Shown in pieces: positions 35,901-64,000 of a stretch of DNA of 64,000 nucleotides. The notes under the pieces were generated by a model. It saw nothing but the letters and a program-made list of their open reading frames with translations. It was not told the origin of the DNA and ran no database searches. The DNA is taken from the NCBI GenBank assembly GCA_030141605.1, contig JAQGDQ010000004.1, positions 1,178,001 to 1,242,000 on the forward strand, given 5' to 3'. The stretch comes from Tubiluchus corallicola. Taxonomy: Eukaryota > Animalia > Priapulida. The number at the start of each line of letters is the position of its first letter. Position 1 is the stretch's first letter. Position numbers and translations under genes: made by a program.

Positions 35901-38051
35901 GATTTAAATATCATTCACTTGTAGAGAGAGATTGCTAGGACACGCACAAAAAGTGAGGCAACAATAAGTACCCTGTTCTAATACAAATTCTATGGTCTGC
36001 TAGACGGCAAACAATGGGTACAATACAAAAACTGCATTAAATTGTACATGTATGTCAAAAACAGTCCTTGAGCAAGTCATTTTTGAAGTATTACTTGGTA
36101 TGCAGGCAAGGCTAGCAACATTTTTTGCACAAACATTACATTTAAACCTATGACACAAATACAATTTAAACCTATGGTACAAATACAATCTCTCCATTTC
36201 TGACCTACAACCATGTAAATTTGGGTGCCACTTGCAATGTAATTTTGGTGGAATTAAGGTTGCCTACAATCATCATAAAATTATGCATCTCGGCCAAAGC
36301 GTCTTCATTATTAGCTGCATTTATTAGCCATCCCTATTGGCAAAGTTATCCAAAGCATGCCAATTTACAATCCTACAGAAGTTGGCCCATACATTAAATT
36401 ACTCACAATTGAATTCTTTGCTGTCCACACTCTTGGTTTTCAGTTATTTAAATGTATGTACTTGATGATGATGGTGACAATACTTACAATAATGTTAATG
36501 ATGACTACATAGTGATCATTATGAGAACATTAACAATGGCAGTGGTACAGAATACAAGCTATTGCACAGCTGTAGCTACTACAAAAATTTGCCTATGCAT
36601 GTCAAGTGATTTGGTGCCCTTAGCTGTTGTTACCATTTCCACACAAATGCCAGACTTGATAATTTTTAAACATAAATCAGTTGCCATTCTGTTGTTTCCG
36701 TTATTATTGCTGGAGAATGAAGTCTGTAACATGGTTCCACTCGAGAAATCTCTGCAATGCAAATACATAGAATGAAAAATAGCGTTTTTTAAACTAAAGG
36801 ACCTAACATTAATGACCTACCCCATGTAGCGTTGAAATAATGGTAGGAGAGTACGCCACCATTTGCATTATCTGGTATCATAGTCACTTTACCAATCATG
36901 ATGGCATCATCATCTATAATAACAATAACACTATAAAACATTAGCATACGAGCATAACAGTCAAAACAATCTGGAAAACTGAGTAGAGACCAGAATTTGA
37001 CATGACTAATGCAAAAATTAGCAGAATGAACTTTGTCAAATCGTGCCCACAATTATCGTTTGATGGATTTGTGTACATTTGTCAAAGTGAGCCTGATCCC
37101 TGATCAGCTCTAGTCTGAAATAATTTAAGAATGGTAATTGTTAATCATTCAAAATGTGCAAGAAGAGGTAAAAACAGTTGTACATTAATGTACATCTATT
37201 TTGGTAAACGTCCAGTTCCATTGTAGTCAATTTCCTTTCGCATTCACAATATTGGAGAATGCAAAAACGTGTGCCTCAGCAATTATAAAAATAAGGAGTT
37301 ACCATAATCCAATTATGGAACCTTGTGTGGGCATATTAGATAATTAGAAAATCCAAAATTGAAATGCCAAAAAAAATTCTTGTTTGAGACAAACTCGATC
37401 AGATCTTCTGTATGTTTGAATACAGGCCAGAATAAACTTGCAAATTCAGGTAAGGTTGAATACAGTAGCTTGTTCCAAAACTGGAGAAAAGTTTTCCCAC
37501 GCAGCAAAACAAGCTCTTAAGATGTTAGGACTTAGGATTTATATGAAAAACGGAAATCAGTGATATCTGGGATACTTGCACTTGCAAATCAGTGATTCAA
37601 AGGGGATACTTGCACTGGTCAAGTCACCCAGTCATTTATATGCGCAGTTTGCATAATCAATAATCAATTTAGCTGTGCCAGTGAAAACCTTGGCACATTT
37701 ATTTTACTAACCACAATTTGAGTAATAATTCCCTATAACAACGTAATTTCTATCTTGCGCCCATTGTTCCCACTTTTCTGCTTGTTTCCGTCTGAGATCG
37801 TCTTTACCATCGTTAAATAACTTGACTTTTGCGGGTCCTAAGGAAACTAACCCGTCACTGGATGATTTACTATTCACAGCTAAAAGTTCATCGGTAGGCG
37901 CGTGTCGAAAAAACATGAAATAAATGCACAGCACAACACCTAGTAAACAACCAAACACGATCATAGTTCGTCGCCTACATTTCATCATCTTGCCGTTACC
38001 GTTCTTGTTTCCATTCCGCGGTAACGTGAGTAAGTTTGCGTTGTCAGCCAT
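32947..38051 (-). CDS. ML (MD-2-related lipid-recognition) domain protein, NPC2/PG-PI transfer protein-like, with N-terminal transmembrane segment; 228 aa, 4 exons
   Basis: Exons 38051-37712, 36913-36821, 34032-33860 and 33027-32947 splice in frame (687 nt, GT-AG). The C-terminal half has the ML pattern: YSNC-DDD...VTMIP...GTMFIEVKYNG...FDLC...HCPYKAG...IKIPAYIPKGQY...LKDQDDVVIGC. The N-terminus has KCRRR followed by the hydrophobic TMIVFGCLLGVVLCIYFMFF. Confidence 0.85.
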
Positions 38052-40401
38052 TTAATGTTGAATACTGAACACTACTATAAAACAAATTTGAACTTTCACT
38101 GATCGCACTGTTCCTGCATTTAACACTTACGATAGTGACCACCCCAGTCTGTTAGAGTAAGCTCTATTCGAAAAGTACTGCAACCCAATGCACATTTTGC
38201 ACGGATTCACTGAGATTAAAACTGTTTACTTGTGTCTATGCTGGTCTTGTAGACTGATCGAGTACTTGGTACACAAATAGCTGAACGGTAACTCTTTAAT
38301 AACGTCGGTTATTACAAAGTACGCCACTGAGCTTTCCCTGCCGTGTGCGAGCAGGCTTTGCTTCCTCGCTGCCAGCTGGCTGAAAGTTTTCTTTGCAAAC
38401 ACTAAGTTGGCAGGCTGATGAGTGCCTTAGCAACAGTGATTTAGAGGTCACCGGTCAGGCGTTGGTCATTAATGGCTGAAATGAATGCGTTTACACTATT
38501 AGTTTGATTAATATGCATATCAACGTTTAGATGATTAATCAATGGTGTATTTGTGACGAGATTTAGATCAAAAGTTAGGACCCTGGATAGGTCTGAAATG
38601 AACTCTGGGACATCATTGGGTTATCAGCTTATTAGTGCAAATCCAGATACTTGTATTTTCCAAGGATTGTACCAATATAGCGCATACTTCATAGAACGAA
38701 GCTAAGTTTGATTGTTCATTAATCCGCTTTTTTATAAATTTATAAAAGTATCCCTGGTTCTACTTTATGTTATGTAATGATTCCGAACTGTGGCCTAATA
38801 TAAGAACGCATGTATGCATGCGTTAATCTCTATCATGACTATTAATACAATATATTAAACCTTAAGAGAGACTGACTGACTAATGAATTGTTGGCTGAAT
38901 AGCAATAACTGACGGACTAACAGAATGCATTAAACTGGTTCCAAATTTCCAGTACTTTGAGCGCTTCGCGTGTTCAGTAACAAACACGCGTACGTATACG
39001 TTACGCCAAAGCCAGTTAGTGAGTTCAACGAAATATGTGATCAGTCTGGTTGGTGGCTACAGCTGGGCTTGGGTTCATTATTAAGTCAAAACACGTGATT
39101 TTTCTAACAAGTCACGAGGAGTGAATGGCAAGTGTAACGTTACATCAGCAGTCAGCTGATGGTTCCGGAAACCACTACTGGAAATCTGGCAAACATCTAG
39201 GCCGCAATGTGGTTACGTTTGAAAAAAACTTAAAAACCCGCAATAAACATAGAAGTTCGTTTATTATCCACACAAGCCCATAACACTCACAAAATCAATT
39301 TAATTGCTACGCATAATCAATTAGGTGTCATAACATACCTTTAATAGAGGTCATCTATTTTCACGCCCCTCTCTGTTTCTGTTTTCCCTATTCACCCCCT
39401 GTGAGCAATCATTCTAGAGTTCCTGAATACGTAAACAAGCGAGTTATTTTTATAGCAGTACGTCTTGGGGCGTTTCTAGCCGATTACAATATTCGGAAGG
39501 GTGAATAGCAGGTCACGCTTTCTTCTATGTTTTACACAGATTTCACCTATCATATTTTACAATATTATTCGTTGATCAAGTCCAAGACGTTTTTTCAGCA
39601 CAGACTGCACAGTTAGGGTAACATAATAACTAAGTGCTTTTAACAGGTCTTTTTTCTACTTTTTGCACAGTTTTCCACTTTGCAAAGATCCAAATTGCCC
39701 ATGATTGTCGTCATCGCCCTTCTCAAACTACACAAATCGGGTAACCAACCCCCGCCCAACAAATGGATATCAAGCTGGCTCATAGTCAAATTCTATTAGA
39801 AAAATAAAGTTAGGTTATCACAAAAGTAAAAAAAACTCGGAATTCGATTTCAGTATTGGTGATGGGATTTGGTTCTCCGAGTTAACTTATGGTACTTCCA
39901 GTGTATAAATCCACGTTCTCTCACTCACCTTATCCCGACTGTACATGAATCCCTTTTCAACAATTTCCCCACAGAAAGCCACTCTAATAAAAACTCATTC
40001 ATATGTCGCACAGGTTTTTGGCTAAACTGATTAATCTTCAGACTTTGGCTTTTGTAAAAGAAACGATATGTATATATACACAACAATTTTATTTTCAAAT
40101 TGACTTAGGCAAGCTATGATGCTGTCCCTAGTCAATAATTAAGTGAATACAAAATAAACAGAAATTACTGATACTTCAGCGAATGTAGACCGGGATGCAA
40201 ATTATCCGATCTGTTAAATATTTGTTAATTTAGAGTTGGAAAGATTCGGGTTCACATTTTTCACCGAAGACAGCACATGCTCATCTCAAGTATTATGAAA
40301 TCTGACATTTCAATGCTTGCATTTTCTCATTATTACATACTACCAGAGAGCACCATTAATATTGATCTTACCAGCCAAAAAATGAATGTAAAGAGCTAAT
40401 A

Positions 40402-40775
40402 CAGAGTTCCCACACAATTTTAAAATGAATTTCCCTGACCAAGATAAGCAAAAATTGCATTACCAGTATACATATTCAAACATTTTTGCGTAAGGAAATT
40501 CATACATATATTGATATATAATGTGACAGCCAATCATTATTTTTGGAACAGAAATCGAAACAGGGAGCCTGCCATAACAAAATTTTATGCGAACACAAAT
40601 TGCTGAAAAATATGTTTGGAAAAATATAGGTTCACGGTTATTATTTTTGCAACCCTTTCCAATTTCCCTGACTTTTTGCCCCATTTTCATCATTTTCCCC
40701 GGCTTTTTACCAAATCATCTTTTCCCCTGACTTTCCAAGATTTTCCACGGATTTTCCCTGACCGTGGGAACCCTG
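40402..40775. mobile_element. MITE with CAG(A/G)GTTCCCAC TIRs and TTCCCTGA subterminal repeats (hAT-like)
   Basis: cagagttcccac ... gtgggaaccctg, flanked on both sides by CTAATA. Confidence 0.75.
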
Positions 40776-42624
40776 CTAATAGCAAAAAAGATTTAAAATT
40801 CAAAATAATATTATTTGTTTACAGTTTATTTTTATTAACACCACACAATAAAATTACCTAGATAAATTCAATGATTGTAAATGGTCAAAATTTCACTCAG
40901 CTGCACACAGTTTCAAATGACTAAAATCAGTGTGTAATCCTTATCTTTAACAGTAAGTGAAAACACGGACCTTCTCAGTTGATATGCAAAAATGACGAAT
41001 GAGCACAAACAGTTCAAAAAATCATTTTTCCTTGGTCTTTTATAAGGTGGTTTTACAGCATTGCCTTAGGATTTTATACTACGTGTTAGGCACTGTTGAC
41101 ACAGCTTGCATTGGGCCAGTTTACAGAATTCTCTACTGATCATAAAATAGCGGTCATAAAAGTCCAAACATTAAATGCTGCTGGACCTATTTCTAAGATG
41201 TTACTATAATGGTTCTGATGTAAAACCAATACATAAATTTTACTTCCAAGCAGCTTATAAACAGTCTGCTAGTCACACAATTTTAGAATGATTCCATTAC
41301 TTAAAACTTGATTTCACCAAGAATCCCCTAACCAGGGGAGAATTTCAACATTGCATAATAGAAGAAAGGAAATGCTAAACCAATGTTGTAAAATCACTAT
41401 GCAAAAAATCTAGAGAATTTACACAAATTTTAAAATCTCACGAAGAAGGCATCACATAGTCGTAGATGCAGTTCTTGTGGCATACAGCTTTATTTTAGGT
41501 ATGATTAAATAGTTCAAAGTCCACAAAAAACAATTCAATGAATGAATGAAATATGAGGAATAAAGAACCATAATCATTATATTTAACAAAGCGTACAGTT
41601 CATTAAAATGCATTATTATTTTATCAATCTAAATGAAATCATTAATGTGGCCTATATTTAAACAAGGCAGTTCCTATAAAAATGTGAATGCTGGCATAAA
41701 ATATCAGCGCATACTATAATAAAGAATATAATATCCAATTACAATTTACAAATTCACTGCATGTGCTCAAAAAAACTATTTTTACGTGTTGTGCAATAAA
41801 ATATCATGATTTGAGCAGCAAAGCAGCAGGCAATAAATGATTTTATGATTGGAAAATGCTTGCTAGTTGGACCCAGTTGACCTTGGGTTTTTGCAGCTAT
41901 TCAAACACACATTTAAAATTAACTAACTAATACATTAAGCAAAATTCATGATGAATTCTAAACTAAAACTCCTCCTCACGGTTAGCAATAATTTCAATTA
42001 GACGATGATGTCTGCTTCTTAGATGTCATTGCACAATAGTAAGTTTGTTGATAATTTGGATAATTTGTTCATTTGGCACACTAATATTGGTCTTGTAATT
42101 CCAAGTTCCAAATATATTCTACTTAATAATTAGATAGGAAATAAATAGCAATGTAAATTGTGCAACTGCAACAAGACAGATTTACTAAAATTTTAACTAT
42201 GATATTTACTTTGTAATGAAATCTATGCTTAAAAGCACACAATGTAATTATAAGAGTTTAAGTAAATGTGCATATATAGTACATAGAGAATGAAAACTGC
42301 TTTAGTCGAATACTGAAATGTGTAACTAGAATGCTGGTAAAAACAATTACTGTAATGCATTAAAGCACTGATTAAAAATCATATAAACTGAATAGTTTTG
42401 CAAAATTATAAACCTACTCGGACTCTTAAAACATTTGTTACAAAATTAAAAATGATGTTACAACACGTCTGTTAACTTAATATCACTGCAAAATTTAAAA
42501 AATTAATTTAATTATTCTTAAAAGGAAATATTAATTGTCCTATTACGCTATGTCCCAGATTCACTATGACTTATTGTAGTGATCGATACCTTCCACTGAT
42601 CACATCGATAACTGCACCTGTTTT

Positions 42625-62270
<19,646 letters not shown>

Positions 62271-62503
62271 TTTCGGAAATTCAATAAAATTCACGTGTTT
62301 CTTCCAAAAGCGTGGGCTCCACAGAAAAAGCCGTCAAATGACCAATTAGATTCGAGGTTTTTAGGTTTTTCTAAAGTCAGAAATATAGTACGGAGAATCC
62401 CATTGGCTGGTAAACGTAAGGTGCCCTTCATTCGTTGGAAATACTTGGAAGTACAGTATTTTGGGCTCTTCTATTTTGAGCGTGGTTTTCAGCGCTTAAC
62501 GGG
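62271..62503. promoter_or_regulatory. Putative bidirectional promoter of IDH2 and NNT, including the NNT non-coding first exon
   Basis: E-box CACGTG at 62292-62297. Opposed CCAAT boxes at 62342-62346 (+) and 62402-62406 (-, AGCCAATGGG). Donor GG|GTAAGT at 62504 pairs with the acceptor at 62919-62920. A YY1-type AAGATGGCTGC lies at 62641-62651; its ATG could also open a short alternative in-frame exon (62644-62677) with a weak donor. Confidence 0.65.
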
Positions 62504-62928
62504 GTAAGTAGCATATCTGTTTTCATTTCATTTCATTGCTTACTTATTCCACTAGAAACACTCTACAAAAGTTTAGCAACTACCTACTTGATTTAGACGA
62601 TACATTCTATGCCAATCTTTCAAATGTACAGTAAAAAGTCAAGATGGCTGCGTCCATAGCTTATCATTATGTTACCGGTTATGGCGGCGGTTACTGTGCT
62701 GTCCACTCAACATAGCAAATTATCTTGTAGCACATCATGTTTCTGAAGATAGAACTCGATACTATGATCGTAATTATAATACTTAGCTCATTTTTATCTG
62801 TCTATTCGAACAAAACTGAGTGTCAAACAACATAATTTATGTTTTTTATTTAAATAATAAATTATTTTTGTTTGCATTGTTTAAGCAATCTACTTTTATG
62901 CCAGTTTTTTGCGTTTATAGGTACAACA

Positions 62929-64000
62929 ATGGCTCAGCTGTTGCGAGTCTACATCAGAGCCCCGAAGGCTAGTTCTTGGTCTGTAAAGAACGCTCAAACT
63001 TACACTCGTCTTTTCTGCACTAAGGCAGAGAAAAGTGAGCCTGCAGTTCGAGGCACCCCATACAAAGAGCTCAGCATTGGCATTCCAAAAGAAGTTTTCA
63101 AAAACGAAAGGAGAGTTGCCATTACACCAGCAGTAACTGCCACATTCACAAAAAAGGGTTTCAGTGTTAATGTTCAAGAGAATGCAGGTGCTGAAGCCAA
63201 GTTTTCCAATGCCGAGTACGAGGAAGCCGGGGCAAAGATCACTGATATTAACAAAGTGTTTAACAGCGATATTGTGTTGAAAGTACGTCCTCCTATGACA
63301 CCTGAGTTGCCACTGTTCAAAGACAATGGCACACTAATCAGCTTTTTGTATCCAGCACAGAACAAAGATTTAGTGAATGAACTTGCAAAGAAGAAGTTGT
63401 CTGTTTTTGGGATGGACTGTGTTCCAAGGATCAGTCGTGCTCAAGTTTTCGATGCATTGAGTTCGATGTCTAACATCTCGGGTTATAAAGCGGTTGTCGA
63501 AGCAGCTAATCATTTTGGAAGATTTTTTACGGGTATGCTTGTTATTGTAACCATTGACTAACTGACGACCATAACTTAGACCTCATTTTTTAGTTACGTA
63601 AATTATTTTTGTCTTTTGATTTAGTTATATGATTTGATTTTTGGTGTAACTGCAGTACTGTCTATTGTGATCTGTGTTAAATGGTAATATTATAAGTACT
63701 TGATCAATATAAGCTGACTGCTGAAATAAATTACTTTGTTTTTCAGTGCTCACAGATTCAGCAGCCATTCGTGAAATTTTTAATTGAAGATTACAGTTCT
63801 GACTTCCACCCCCTTTCCTTTCCCACACTTATTTTGGAAATGACTAAGTATAACCTAAGCCTGTTTGTTACTGATAGCTGTTTGCCATTGCAGGTCAGAT
63901 CACTGCAGCAGGTAAGGTTCCTCCAGCTAAAGTTCTTGTTATTGGTGGTGGCGTTGCCGGTTTAGCATCAGTCGGTACAGCAAAAAGTATGGGTGCCATT
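62929..64000 (+). CDS. NNT: NAD(P) transhydrogenase, mitochondrial, 5' part; exons 62929-63532 and 63894 to beyond 64000
   Basis: Presequence [13 protein letters not shown]..., then domain I motifs [69 protein letters not shown]|[24 protein letters not shown] (NAD-binding GxGxxG). Phase-1 GT-AG intron at 63533-63893. Confidence 0.97.

Overview
This is AT-rich, intron-rich animal (invertebrate-like) nuclear DNA, not prokaryotic. I built five protein-coding genes by hand from splice sites. (1) AP1G1, AP-1 gamma adaptin: minus strand, 11 coding exons from 10551 to 12, running off the left edge. (2) A neurobeachin/LRBA BEACH-domain gene whose whole 8475-nt CDS (21222-29696, +) has no introns. (3) A 4-exon ML-domain (NPC2/MD-2-like) gene with an N-terminal signal-anchor (38051-32947, -). 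(4) A complete 11-exon mitochondrial NADP-isocitrate dehydrogenase, IDH2 (62270-42625, -). (5) The 5' part of NAD(P) transhydrogenase, NNT (62929 onward, +). Introns and intergenic DNA hold degenerate LINEs, TA-flanked pogo/Tigger-like MITEs, hAT-like MITEs and a solo LTR. The main observations are these. IDH2 and NNT, the two main mitochondrial NADPH enzymes, lie head-to-head with 658 bp between start codons. The giant neurobeachin CDS has lost all its introns while its neighbours keep human-like exon sizes, and it lies head-to-head with AP1G1, another TGN/endosome trafficking gene. The ML protein looks membrane-anchored and has a possible hidden paralogous alternative exon. All comparisons with human genes are from memory and need database confirmation.
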